Shown: positions 46,801 to 59,290 of the stretch, in pieces
How positions within the stretch are numbered: the stretch's first letter is position 1
Layout: each line of letters begins with the position of its first letter
Assembly (NCBI GenBank): GCA_002104905.1
Contig: MCFE01000280.1
Coordinates: 1-64,000, forward strand
Direction: 5' to 3'
DNA length: 64,000 nt
Source: Basidiobolus meristosporus CBS 931.73
Lineage: Eukaryota; Fungi; Basidiobolomycota
Notes under the pieces: generated by a model
Told to the model about the DNA's origin: nothing
What the model saw: only the letters and a program-made list of their open reading frames with translations
The model's database searches: none
Position numbers and translations under genes: made by a program

Positions 46801-47552
46801 TCTTGGTCAACAAACCCATCTGGCTGGTCCATATAAACATCCTCATCAAGTTGTCCACTCAGATATGCAGTTTTTACATCCATTTAGTGTATAAAAAACT
46901 TATATTGGGCCACAATAGCCAATTTCAATCTAATGGAATTAAACTTGGCTACCGGGGCAAAGGTCTCAGTATAGTCAAATCCTTTTGCTTAAGAGTATCC
47001 TTTGGCCACAAGTCTTGCTTTGTATCTTTCAATTGTACCAGCAGCCTTGTATTTTGTCTTGAAGATCCATCTGCATCCAGTTGATTTTTGGTTGATTGGT
47101 TATTTGACTAAGTCCCAAGTTTGCCTTTGCATTAGGGCCTGATATTCCTCAGTCATTGCAGATCTCCACAACTTTGTCTGAAGGCTATTGAGGGCCTCAT
47201 TCACAGTCTGGGGCTCATCAATATGGACTGAATAGGCATAGGCTACGTTTGTACCCTCCTTGATAGGGTAATGTGGACTTTTTATTGTCTGGTTAGATCT
47301 CCTGGCATGTGACTCTGGAATGCTCACTTCTAGTATATTCCTAGGCACTAATTCAGGCTGAGCCACAACTATAGAGTCCTCTGAAGTGAAAAAATTTCAT
47401 TGTTTTGCTCTGATTAAATTCTACTATTAGTGGACTTGGGATCAGGTTTTTGTCATCATCTAAAGTCATTTCTTGTGAAAATTTTGAATTTTCATAAAAC
47501 TGCACATCCCTGGACTTGATTAGCTTCTTTGCTTTGGTATTGTAGAGTCCAT

Positions 47553-48623
47553 TGTGGTGGTGTATAAGTCCAAGGGAGAGATACGTCCAACACTTCTCAA
47601 GTGTTTTGTGTGTGGGGTGTTCACTGGGTGCAATAACCTCTGGCAAAAGCTTGCTAGGAATACTTGGGTTCTGTCTCTAATCTAATGTGAAGGGGAATAA
47701 AGCCACAAGCTTGTCAAGGGAAAACTATTGAGCTACAATCCCCAACTTAGTTGGCGTCTTAACAAAAGTATGTGCTGGGTTCAGCGTCCTTTGAGATGAC
47801 AATGTACTAAAGCTTCCAAAGTCAAAACAACTGTAAACTCCACCAGCAGGGACTTGATAAGAATGCAGCTTTGGTCAATAGTTACAAAGACAGAAAAGTA
47901 TCTTTGCCTGTACAAGAACAAACTTGGGAAAGAATCAAATATAATAAAAGATACCTACTCTGAGTATTCCTCACAAGTAGTGCCTCCAAGGTCAGTTGGC
48001 TTTCAGTGCAGTTTCCTGGGAGTGTCCTGTGGTCTAGGGTTGGAAGTTCAGGTAGTAGCAGGTAGCAGTGATCACACTAATCAACAAGTCGGTATATTGA
48101 TAAAAGGGATGATGATTTATTGTTGAGGGATAGCCTCCCTTATATACTTTTCTCACTGGCTAAGTGATTACTAATCATGGTGTTCCAGAAGGTTCCGGAG
48201 ATCAATAGAAATCTTAATGACATCAGAATGACCTAAGAATGTTCCAAGTAGGTGCCGGAAGGTTCTAAGAGGCACAACACATCCAACCAATCAGGAATCA
48301 GTATTCTGAAACCTGTGTAACATGGGGATACCATATATGGTATGGAAATGGTAGGGATGGTGACACGGGCTGATCAAGTGTCACGGGTACTGGCGCGGGT
48401 ACTTGCCTAATATAGAAGTACTTATAGCTAGTAATCTTACATAAAGTGAGAGGTAACTTATGCAATAAGGTAAGCAGGTGTGATAGTCAACCGGCTTATG
48501 GGATAGTACTGATTGGGTAAGACAAATGGGATAAAACTAAAATAAGTGTAGTAGAGATATAGTGAAGTAGAAAATAAGGGAATGAGCACATCTGTCAGTG
48601 GGTGTCACTGTCACCCCACTACA
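47553..48623. mobile_element. Solo LTR (1071 bp) inserted in copia integrase; 4-bp TSD
   Basis: Ends TGTGGTGG and CCACTACA, flanked by CCAT/CCAT. Removing it restores the in-frame GCA TAT GGA CTC codons. Confidence 0.8.
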
Positions 48624-50159
48624 CCATATGCTTGATTCTCTTGGCAGTAGCTCAAAAATATGCATTTACACTTCTTAGCTCAAGTTTTGATTGATTCCCA
48701 GGGGGTTTCTTGGCATAGGCTGTACACCCAAATATTGTTAGATGTTCTGCACTTGGTGTGTACTCATACCATGCTTCAAATGGAGTAGAACCACATGGTA
48801 TTTTGCTATAACTCCTATTTTAAGGTGTACGGCTGTGGCAACTGATTCCACCCAAAAATCTTAGAATATTTTTGATCATGGATCATAGATCTTGCCATAT
48901 TAGTTATTGATCTGTTTGCACAATCTGCTGCTCCATTTTGCTGTGTGGAGTATGGTACAGTAGTCTCTTGCTTTAACCCCTGTATTTGCAGAAATGGATG
49001 AAGAGTTTTGAGGTATACTCTCCACCATTGTCAGAGCATATTTTCTTGCTTTTTTCACCAGTTTCTCTCTCCACCATGGCTTTAAACTCCCTGAGCTCAG
49101 ACAGAGCCTCTTCCTTTCTCTCCACAAAGTATACCCATGTGTATCTTGTATAATTATCAATCAAAGTGATTGAATACTCCATCCCACCTAAGGATAAATT
49201 TTGCATAGGTTCACCCAAATGTGTGTGAATTAACTCTAATTTGTTCTTAGTTCTGATTAACCTGGAGATGTTGAACAGTGGTCTGGTTTGTTTCCCATAT
49301 ATGCAGGCTTTACAGTACTCCAAACTAGCTGGAGGATCAACTTTTACTCCAGAAATTAGCTGATCTTTGATCATTTTGCATAAGTAATCACAATTGATGT
49401 GCCCAAATCTCCTGTGCCAAAGCATTGGTATTTCTTCATTTGAGTTACTTATACTGGTTTCCAAATATGATGGAATATAGGTCAACCTGTATAGATTCTG
49501 ATCTCTGATACCCAAAGCAATACAGGAACCATTTTGATCAGTGATCCTGAATCCAGAAATGTCAAAGATGAAACTGAGTCCTTCTGCTGTGGCCTTGCTT
49601 ACAGATAGCAGGTTCCTGGCTACTTCTTGTGCATAGAGTACTTCTCTAAAAGTCAGTGTATGGCTTCCTTCACTGCTTCTAAGGTTTACTTATATAGTTC
49701 CTTCCCCTACTGCATCAAGTGTTGTATTTTCACCCATGAGAACCTTCTTAATTGGAATTTCTTGGTACTGGGTAAAAGTTCTTTTTGGTGTGTAAAGTGC
49801 TGAGATGCTCCAGGATCAATAAACCATGTCTGAGAATCCTGGTTTGTGGTCAACTTTAGTGCAGAGATGAATAGTCTATCTTCAGTTGTTGTAGCATTTG
49901 CATATTCAGGTTTTTTCTGATAACTATCTCTCTTTTCAAAGCACCAGTCTGATGCATGTCCTTTCCTTTTGCAGTAGTTACAAAACAGATTGCAATAGCC
50001 TTTTAATGGTCTTGGGTATCTCCTTTATTGGTTATCATTGCTTATTAAGGCATTTTCTTCTTCTTTCTTATTGGCGCTTTATTTCCTTAATTTTCATCCA
50101 TGGGCCTTCTATATATGTAATCTAAGGTCAAATCTTCAGATCTGGACACTAGGGCTGAT

Positions 50160-50857
50160 TGTTGTGCATCAACATTTAAAACTTAGCCAATTTTACTCCG
50201 TTTGAAAATCTAGTACCCTAACTGATTTTCCCTAACCCAAACATAACAAATCCCAGTTACAGTTTATTTTATCCCACCTCTGAATCTATTTTTAGCTATC
50301 ACACCTGATCTATTTTCAAATGGTCATTACGTTATCAACCTATTTGCCAAGCCTTCCCAGGTGATTAGTCATCTGAGATCTATCCAACCACTGTGCAGTT
50401 GCCAAGACATCAGTTGATTAATGATGTAATTTTCATTTATCTTATGCACCTATGAACACCCAAATTGATTTCAATCAATCCAGTCCCTTGGCGCTTTCTA
50501 ATTCAACTTGATCAGAAAAGTATAAATAAAGTTTACTGAACCTTTTGGTTTAGTGTGTGTCTCAACAAAATTAAGATTCTGTCTCAGCAAAAATTAGAAT
50601 CCAACAATTCTGTTCTAGTTTCTATCCAAGCCTAGTATATCTAGCACTCCAAAGAACACCAAGCCTAGCCTGCCTAGCAAACAAAATATCATTGTCTTTA
50701 TAGCCAACCCAGTTATATCCAAGACCAATATTAGATCAGAATCTTTCTGCTAATATTTCTGCCATTCTCTGACAATTCTAAGATTCTGCACTTAATTGTC
50801 CCTTTGGTTCAGTTAAACCATTCAAGAGTTTTATTACACTTTCTCTTTGATACAACA
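50160..50857. mobile_element. Solo LTR (698 bp) inserted in copia gag; 5-bp TSD
   Basis: Ends TGTTG and CAACA, flanked by CTGAT/CTGAT; absent from the paralogous gag at ~56240. Confidence 0.85.
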
Positions 50858-51377
50858 CTGATACAAGGCCCCAAAACTTGTCTGTCAGGCTATTCAGGAT
50901 GGTAACTATCACATCCTCATCAGTAGTTGGTATGCCCACAGATTCCATTTCATTTACCAGCAGGATAATTCTGTAAATTAGATTTTTCATTTCTTCTCCT
51001 GGCTGCATCTTTGTAGTAAGATATTTTTGTCTCAGATACATTTTCTTAGCAGCTGAACATGACTGGCAGATGTCTTCTAATGCCTTCCAGGTATTTTTTA
51101 TTGTTTTTGCTATCAAGCATTGAATAAGCAGTGTATTTCTAACCATAAGATAATTACAGTCAATGGCACTTTGTTGTTTCTTCTGCTACCTTAAGGCGTC
51201 CTCTCCCATGTTTTTAGGAGGGCACTCTTCTCCCATGACAATATCCCAAAGGCCTCTTTGTTGTAGCAGCATCTTCATCTTCACCTTCCTCACTTGGTAG
51301 TTGGATCCATCCAACTTTTCAGCAGAGGGAAAATTTCAATAATAACAGTGGTAGACATTGCAGAGAGTGACAGCTTG

Positions 51378-51389
51378 GGGCTCATAACC
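51378..51389 (-). other. Primer-binding site GGTTATGAGCCC (half-tRNAiMet type); second copy at 56798-56809
   Basis: Immediately follows the LTR-terminal CA on the minus strand in both elements. Confidence 0.8.
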
Positions 51390-51759
51390 TGCGGTAAGAG
51401 TCTTGGAGATATTTGAAGCAATTTGAGAGGACAAGTAGATTATGTGTTTTTCACCCAATGAAATATTGAATGTACAGGTAGCGTTTATACTTTTACATGG
51501 TCATGGCATTACAAACATGTAAAATAGGTTGAAAAAGGTCTCAAGAGCATGTGTGCAAGTCTGGGGCTGTTTGGACAACTTTGAAAATTTTCATGTTATG
51601 GGTGCCTGGTATTTTAATCAGAATATACTAAGTAAATCCCAACCAGGAGTTTGGTTAGTATACTCTAGGATCTAAAGGTAATGATCTAAGAGACTAAGTT
51701 ACATGAACTTTTAGGTGTAATTACAAATTTTTACAACATAGGTGTCTCCATGCACATAT

Positions 51760-53095
51760 CTGCTCTCAGTATTTGCTAACTCTCCCTGGCTGTCCCTCAT
51801 GTGTCAACTCATCACATCCATCATGGACTTGAATGTTATACTCTTAATGAGATTGGGATATGGCAGTACATGCAACTTGACCTGTCTTCCTATCTTGCCA
51901 CACATATGCTCCATAGGAAACTCCTAAAAGGTGAAGTAAGGTCCAATATTTTCATCATACCAAGCAGGATGGAGTAGAAAATGGATACAGTAGCAGCAGA
52001 GATCTATATGCTCAGCTTTATGTTTGTAGTATAAATGCTCAATGCCGGTCACAAACTCTTTGCACAAAAGCTGTAAATGAGCAGGTTAGTATTGGTGATC
52101 CACTTCTGGATAAATATTCCTACAATGTCCATATTTGACTCCCAATGCTTCCAATGTACTCTTGGCAGAAATGGCTTCAATAGGCCACTTGAATAAATAT
52201 AAATCCAGTTCATCAAGTCCTTGCACTTGTATTGTTTCATATGTATATCAGTGTTGACTGGAGCTTGTGACCCTATGCAAAATAGTTTGGTCATGCAGGT
52301 GGATCCAATCCAGATCCACCATCAAGATCCCATCAGAAGACTGCTATAATACAAGCAGCTTGGAGTTAATGGCCATCTGCAGAATCTGGTAATAGTAGCA
52401 CAACAGTGTTTTGCTAATTTTATAGCCAAATAAAGTCAATAAAATGGAATGGTGTTTGTACAGTGTTTTGCCAAGGGTAGAATGGTATTGTAGCAGTCTT
52501 AGTGCATTCTACAGCTATTTGAGTGGATTTAACTGGCCAGTACATCCAATTGTCTTATAAGGCAAAACACTTGATGGTGTTTTGACAGCCTCATTACAAG
52601 CTATTGATGGCATTATATGGGCAGTATGGTGGCCTACAGCTAGTTTTGTATAATGCTACTGTACCAATTTACCAAATGGTATTTCCTTTTTCTACATCCC
52701 CATGCACATTTGTATTTTCACTGTAGAATAACCGCACTTTTTTTGCTTACCCACTACTACCTTGGGTATTCCACATATAGTTCAGATCAAAGAATACTAT
52801 GGCCTACTGCTTATTAGCCTCTACAAACACACACACCTGCCACAATTAACATACTTATATTACCTCTACTAGCAAATGGATAGTGTAACAGCAGAAATCT
52901 ATGTGTTCAGCTTTATGTTTGTAGTATTGCCACTCAAATTCTGTGACAAGATCTTTGTACAAAAGCTGTAAATGCGCCAAGTTGGCTTTGGTGATTCACT
53001 TCTGGATAAATATTCCTACAATGTCCATGTTTGATTCCCAATGCTTCCAATGTACTCTTGGCAGAAATGGCTTCCAAAGGCCACTTGAATAAATA
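51760..53095 (-). mobile_element. CACTA/EnSpm transposase relics (two partial tandem copies)
   Basis: WIYIYSSGLLKPFLPRVHWKHW; EFVTGIEHLYY...IHFLLHPA...IGPYFTF*EFPMEHMCGKIGRQVK...PYPNL, matching the CACTA C-terminal GP..W.FPMER.CG pattern. Confidence 0.75.
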
Positions 53096-53823
53096 GACTT
53101 GTTCTGTTGGATAGTGCCACATTGAGCCAGGAGTGCCAATTGATGCCATAGCATGCCAGGGAGGCCAAGCAAGCCTATACTAGGCCACAGAGTATGAAAC
53201 ATAGCTCAGCATCTTCATGCAAAGCAGCCCCTGTGCTTCACCCATTTTGTTGGAGAAAATCCATTTTTTGACCTTTTTTGGATCAATGTTGTGCAGAATG
53301 TGTAAGAGTACAGAAGGACTGAAGACATGCATCTGGTACTCAATACCCATGGCACTCTGAATCTATCTTCTGTAGCTAGTATCATGTCACAAAAATGAAT
53401 GACACTATCTTTGTCCACTGGTACTATCAGGCACTATATGTAACTATTAGCCCTAGAGTAAGACCTATACAAAGCACATACAGTTCCTGATAGTACCAGT
53501 GGACCAAGATAGTGCCATTCATTTTTGTGACATGATACTAGCTACAGGAGATAGATTCAGAGTGCCATGGGTATTGAGTACCAGATGAATGTCTTCAGTC
53601 CTTTGTGCTCTTACACATCCTGCACAACATTGATGCAGAAAAAAAGGTCAAAAAATGGATTTTTTCCAACACAATGGGTGAAACACAGGGGCTGCTTTGC
53701 ATGAGCATGCAGAGCTATGTTTCACACTCTGTGGCCAAGTATAGGCTAGCTTGGCCTCCCTGGCACACTATGACATCATTTGGCACTCATGGCTCAATGT
53801 GGCACTATCCAACAGAACAACTC
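53096..53823. mobile_element. Foldback (MULE-like non-autonomous) element: ~335-bp inverted arms around a 54-bp spacer
   Basis: Arms 53096-53431 and 53486-53823 are high-identity reverse complements. Termini GAC/GAG; the flanking 9-mers gaataaata and taatatata match at 7 of 9 positions. Confidence 0.75.
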
Positions 53824-53899
53824 TAATATATATCCAGCTCATCCAGCCCCTGCACTTGTAATGTTGCCTCTGCACATGAATGTTAATTGGAGCCTGTGA

Positions 53900-56890
53900 G
53901 AAGTACTTAGGGTGGCACATACTCCAAGATATCTGGCCAATTCTTTCAAATTTTACTGGTATCTCAAAGGGCTCATTCAGCTAGAAATGCCTCATGTACA
54001 ACTTCATCCCATCAGCCTGGCTCATATACACATCCTCATAAAGTTCTCCATACAAAAATGCAGTTTTTGCATCCATTTGATGAATAAAAAACTTATTTTT
54101 GGCTGCAATAGCCAAAATTAATCTGATGGAATTAAACTTGGCTACCAGTGCAAAGGTCTCAGTATAGTTAAGTCCTTTGCTTGAGAGTATCCTTTGGCAA
54201 CAAGTCTTGCTTTGTATCTTTCAACTGTACCATCAGCCTTGTATTTTGTCTTGAAGACCCATCTGCATCCAATTGGTTTTTGGTTGATTGGTAATTTGAC
54301 AAAGTCCCAAGTTTGATATTCCATTGGGACCTGATATTCCTCAGTCAATGCAGATCTCCAAAACTTTGTCTGAGGGTTATTTAGGGCCTCTTTTACAGTC
54401 TGGGGCTCATCAACATGGACTGAATAGGCATAGGCCAAGTTTGTACCCTCATTGATATAGTAATTTGGGCTATTTCTTGTCCAATTGGATCTCCTGGCAT
54501 TTGACACCGGAATGATCAATTCTGGGATACTCTTGGGCACTGATTCTGGCTGAACCACAGTTGTAGAATCCTCTGGAGTGAATAAATTTCATTGTTTTGC
54601 TCTGATTCAAGGCTGACAATTGGTGGATTTGAGATCAGATTTTTGTCATCATCTGATGTCATTTTTTGTGAAAATTTTGAATTTTCATCAAACAACATAT
54701 CCCTGGACTTAATTATCTTCTTTGCTTTGTTACTTTAGAGTCTCTATGCCTTACTCTCATTGCAGTGGCCCAAAAATATGCATTTTACACTTTTTGGCTC
54801 AAATTTTGACTGATTTCCAGGCAGTTTCTTGGCATATGCTGTACACTCAAATATTCTTAGATGTTGTGCACTTGGTCTGTATCCATACCATGCTTCAAAT
54901 GGAGTAGAATCATAAAGTATTCTGTAATAACTCCTATTTTTAAGATTAACAATAGCGGCAACTGATTTTGCCCAAAAATCATAGGAAAATTTTTGATCAT
55001 GGATCATAGATCTTGCCATATCATTTATTGATCTGTTAGCGCATTTTGCTACTTCATTTTGCTGTGGGGAGTATGGCACAGTAGTCTCTTGCTTTATCCC
55101 ATGAATTTTGCAGAACCGGATGAAGAATTTTGAGGTATTTTCTCCACCATTGTCAGAGCATATTTTCTTGATTTTTCACCAGTTTCTCTCTCCACCATGG
55201 CATTAAACTCCTTGAACTTAGAAAGAGCTTCTTCCTTTTGCTCCATTAAGTAGACCCATGTGTATCTTGTATAATCATCAATAAAAGCAATCAAATACTT
55301 CATCCTGCCTAAAGATAAATTTTGCATAAGTTCACACATATCTGAGTGAATTAAATCTAATTTTTTCTTAGTTTTGATTAACCCAGAGCTCTTGAACAGT
55401 TGTCTGGCTAGTTTCCCATATATGTAGACTTCATAGTGCTCCAATTTAGCTGGGGGATCAATTATTACTCCGGAAATTAGCTGATCTTTGATCATTTTGC
55501 GCAAATAATCAAAATTGATGTGCCCAAATCTCCTGTGCCAAAGCATTGGTGTTTCTTCATTTAAGTTACGTATATTAGCTTCCAAATATGATGGAATATA
55601 AGTCAACTTGTATAGGTTCTAATCTCTGATGCCCAAAGCAATATGGGCACCATTTTGATCAGTGATCTTGCATCTAGAATTGTCAAAGCTGAATCTGAGT
55701 CCTTCTGCAGTGGCCTTGCTTACAGATAGTAGGTTCTTGGCTATTTCTGGTACATAGAGTACTTCTTTGAAAGTCAGTGTAGGGCTTCCTTCACTGCTTC
55801 TTAGGTTGACTTCGATAGTGCCTTCTCCCTCTGCATCAAGTGTTCTATTGTCACCCATGAAAACCTTCTTAATTGGAATTTCTTGATATTGCGTAAAAAG
55901 TTCTTTTTGGTGTGTAAAGTGCTAAGATGCTCCAGAGTCAATATACCACGTCTGAGAATCCCTGTTTGTGGTCATATTTAGTGCAGATATGAATAGTCTA
56001 TCTTCAGTTGTTACAGCATTTCCATATTCAGGCTTCTTTTGCTGATTATCTTTCTTTTTGAGTCACCGGTCTGATGTGTGCCCTTTGCTTTTGCAGTAGT
56101 TACAAAGCAGGTTGCTGTTGCATTTGTAGGGTTTTGGGTACCTCCTTTGTTGGTTATCATTGCTTATTAAAGCATTTTCTTCCTCCTTCTAATTTGCACT
56201 TGATTTTCTTAATTATTCATCCAGGAGCCTTCCATATACATAATTTAAGGTCAAGTCTTCAGCTCTGGACTCTAGGGCTGATACAAGGCCCAAAAACCTC
56301 TCTGTCAGGCTATTCAGGATGGTAACTATCTCATCCTCATCAGTAGTTGGTACACCCACAGATTCCATCCCATCTACCAGCAGGGTAATTCTGTTAATTA
56401 GATTTTTCATTTCTTCTCCTGGCTGCATCTTTGTATTGAAGAGTTTTTGTCTCAGATACATTTTCTTAGCAGCTGAACATGAATGGTAGGTGTCTTCTAA
56501 TGCCTTCCAGGCATTCTTTGTGGTTTTTGCTCTTGAGCATTGAATTAGCAATTTGTCTTTAACATTAAGGCAAATGCAGTTGAAGACACTTCATTCTTTC
56601 TTTGGGTACTTCAAGGCTTCCTCTCCCATGTATTTAGGAGGGCATTCTTCTCCCATGACAATATCCCAAAGGCCTCTTTCTTGCAGCAGCATCTTCATCT
56701 TCACCTTCCACACTTGGTAGTTGGATCCATCCAACTTTTCAGCAGAGGGAAAATTCCAGTAATAGCAGTAGTAGACATTGCAGAGAGTGAGAGCTTGGGG
56801 CTCATAACCTGTTGTAAGAGTCTTGGAGAAATTGGAAGTGATTAGCAGAACAAGTAGATTATGTGGTTTTCACTTAATGATTTATTCAAT
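53900..56890 (-). mobile_element. Third decayed Ty1/copia copy (gag to partial RT) with truncated 5' LTR from 56810
   Basis: LWHRRFGH, DLIHSDMC, FIDDYTRYTW, PYSPQQN.VA, TPFEAWYG.RPS.QHLRIF and KARLVAKGYSQ; PBS plus LTR start tgttgtaagag. Confidence 0.93.
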
Positions 56891-57089
56891 GGCCCACCTT
56901 AATGTGGGGGGCTGGCGTGGGGGGGATGGGGTTCACATGATGGGAGACCACCCTACCCTTCCCAACCTGGGTTGGGAGGGGGGGTCTTAGGGGCCCCTTT
57001 GATGGTCTCTCTTCTGCTTGTTTGTAACAATGCGTTTGGGATACTACCCCATCTCTTTAAAGCAGATTACATCCTTGTAATCATCACTT

Positions 57090-58400
57090 TCATTTATTTG
57101 GCAAACAGGACAGCAACTCAGGAAGTCTGTGTCCTGGTGTTTCTTGCCAGTATGGTGGATTATTTCAAAGTTGTATCCCTGTAGTCAGAAGGCCCAATAT
57201 GCTAGTTGGCTGGTCAAGTCTTTAGTTCTTATCAGCCAGACCAATGTGTTGTGGTCCATTACTATTGTGAATTGGCAACCATTTATGTAGGTATGGAATT
57301 GCTAAATTGAATAAACAACAGCCAGACATTCTATCTTGTTAACAGGGTAGTTATGTTTGTGTTTGTTCAGCAGACAGCTCACATAACCAATTGGGTGGAA
57401 TTTGCCAGGTTGGTGGTATTGTCCCAATACAGACACTGTAGAGTGTCTGTAGGGGTAAGGCTTCCATCACAGTTGATAAAAGTTGCACATCCCAGTTGGA
57501 AAAATGTAACACTGGGGGTGACATCAGGAGGTGTCTCAGCTGATCAAATGCTTCCTTTTGGGGCTCCAGCTACATAAACTACTGGCCTTTCTGTGTTGAT
57601 TTGTACAAGGGGGCTGCTATTGTCTTGAACCATTGGACAAAGTGGCAATTGTAGCTGGCTTATGCTAGGAGCCCAGGCACTGCATTGATATCCTTTGGTG
57701 TGGGTGTATCCATTATACCAAGTTCTTGTGGCTCAGGAGCAACAATTTTGTATTCAAGAAGTGACACTTCTAGGATATAATTTGAGCTGGTGCTTGAGCA
57801 GGGCTGTCAGGATACATTGCAAATCCTGTATATGTTCCTCTACATCAGAGGCATATATAAGATGTTGTCAAGATACATAAGTGTTCATTTCCATTGTAAA
57901 TTCTCTGGTACCTTATTGATCATCCTTTGAAACATAGCAGGGGCATTGCACAAGCCAAAGGGCAGTTGTTCCTATTGGTACTATATAAACAATGTAATGA
58001 AAGCAGTGTTGGGTTAGTCTTCTGGAGCTACTTCTATTTGCCGATACACAGAGATTAATTCAAGGGAGCCAAAATATATAGCTCAAACTACTCTGTCAAA
58101 GATATTGTCTGTTTGTGGTAGTAGATGCATGTCCTTCCTGATGATGGAGTTCAGTTTTTAGTAGTCAATGCAAAAATGTTACTTTCTATCCTTCTATGGG
58201 GCTATCACTACAGGGGAGGCCCACCAACAGTGCCTCTGTGCAATGATATTGTCCTTTAACAAGATTTCATTAGTCTATTTGATATATTCTGAGTCAATTC
58301 TTCAGTTCCTATAGGCTTTTTGCTTGATGAGGTATTTGTTGACAAGGTAGATTTGGTGATATACCCCAGGTATATGGCCAATTGCCTGGTCCTTAGAAAA
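57090..58400 (-). mobile_element. Decayed Ty3/gypsy RT-RNase H
   Basis: WASPVVIAP, FCIDY*KLNSI.RKD, TAFIT, LPFGLCNAPAMFQRM, YLDNIL, HPIGYVS, NYPVNKIECLAVV, FTIVMDHNTLVWL and FEIIHHTGK. Confidence 0.9.
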
Positions 58401-58689
58401 TACTCAAGCAAGAGAGTGCATTCTTTCTAGTAACTTGTCTCATAGTGTAGGTGGTAGACCAGAGTCCACATCCAGCTTGGAGAGCTCCTCTTCTGGTTCC
58501 TTGCTTTCAATGTGTTATAAAATAGGGGTGTGAACACCTTCCTGTTATGGTAAGCATTCTTATTAGGTAAGCACAGGAATAGGAGGAACAATGTATGAGG
58601 GACTCATAGGGAGGATACTGGGGATACTTTGGTCAGGACTCAGGGGGAACTCTTGGCCAAAGAGTGAGCGTTACACTTAGTACCCACAC

Positions 58690-59290
58690 AATGGAGATAA
58701 AATACACACTTTGACATGATGGCCATTGACTGTTATCCTGCTGGCAAGCATACAATATTCATGCAGAAATGAATACAGGTAGCTATCCAGGTTGGATAGT
58801 CATTGAGGTGCAGATATCTGGGAGAATACCGTCAGATTTTGGCTCTGGTATCTTAAGATAGATGGCAGTTTCAAGTTGATGAGAATTGATCACCAGCAGA
58901 ACTTTTAGGTAAAGTACTTATTTAACAAGTGTCAATCAAGTGGCAAGGCAAAGGCATGATCATACATATCTTCAAAGTAGCCGTTGCTTCTAAGCTGTCT
59001 ATAATGCTTGCCATCAAATGTATGGGATATGTTTGTGCTTGATTGATATTGAGTGCAGTACTTCATAACTTTGCAATATTTGTTGGACTGCCCAATATTC
59101 TTTAAACTGATAATACTGGAATATATCTGGAGCATGAAAAGTGCTTAGCCCAATGGTGGTTGATACCTGACAAATGGAACTCCTTGCTATGGTAGCATTT
59201 CCTGATGTTAATGTCATGCAACTGTTAATACATGCGGTTATCAAGACAGTCTCTGGGTCATATGTTGTCAGCTGCATGACAGTTATCCAT
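58690..59290 (-). mobile_element. CACTA Tnp2 (Transposase_21-like) N-terminal relic
   Basis: SHTFDGKHYRQLRSNGYFEDMYDHAFAL, ILINLKLPSILRYQSQN and NLDSYLYSFLHE. Confidence 0.75.

Larger units (their letters stand above)
43887..51738 (-). mobile_element. Nested, decayed Ty1/copia elements (gag, zinc knuckle, protease, integrase, RT, RNase H) with LTRs at 43887-44232 and 51390-51738
   Basis: LWHRRFGH, ELIHTH/SD, DNYTRYTW, SDNGGEY, WVFKTKYKADGT.ERYKARLVAKGYSQ, MDV.TA.L.G.L, DDLII, GYSDADW, STTEAEY, HIYIRHH, ADISTKPL. PPT GAGTGGGAG next to the LTR. Two RT-RNase H copies are joined at ~46150. Confidence 0.95.
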
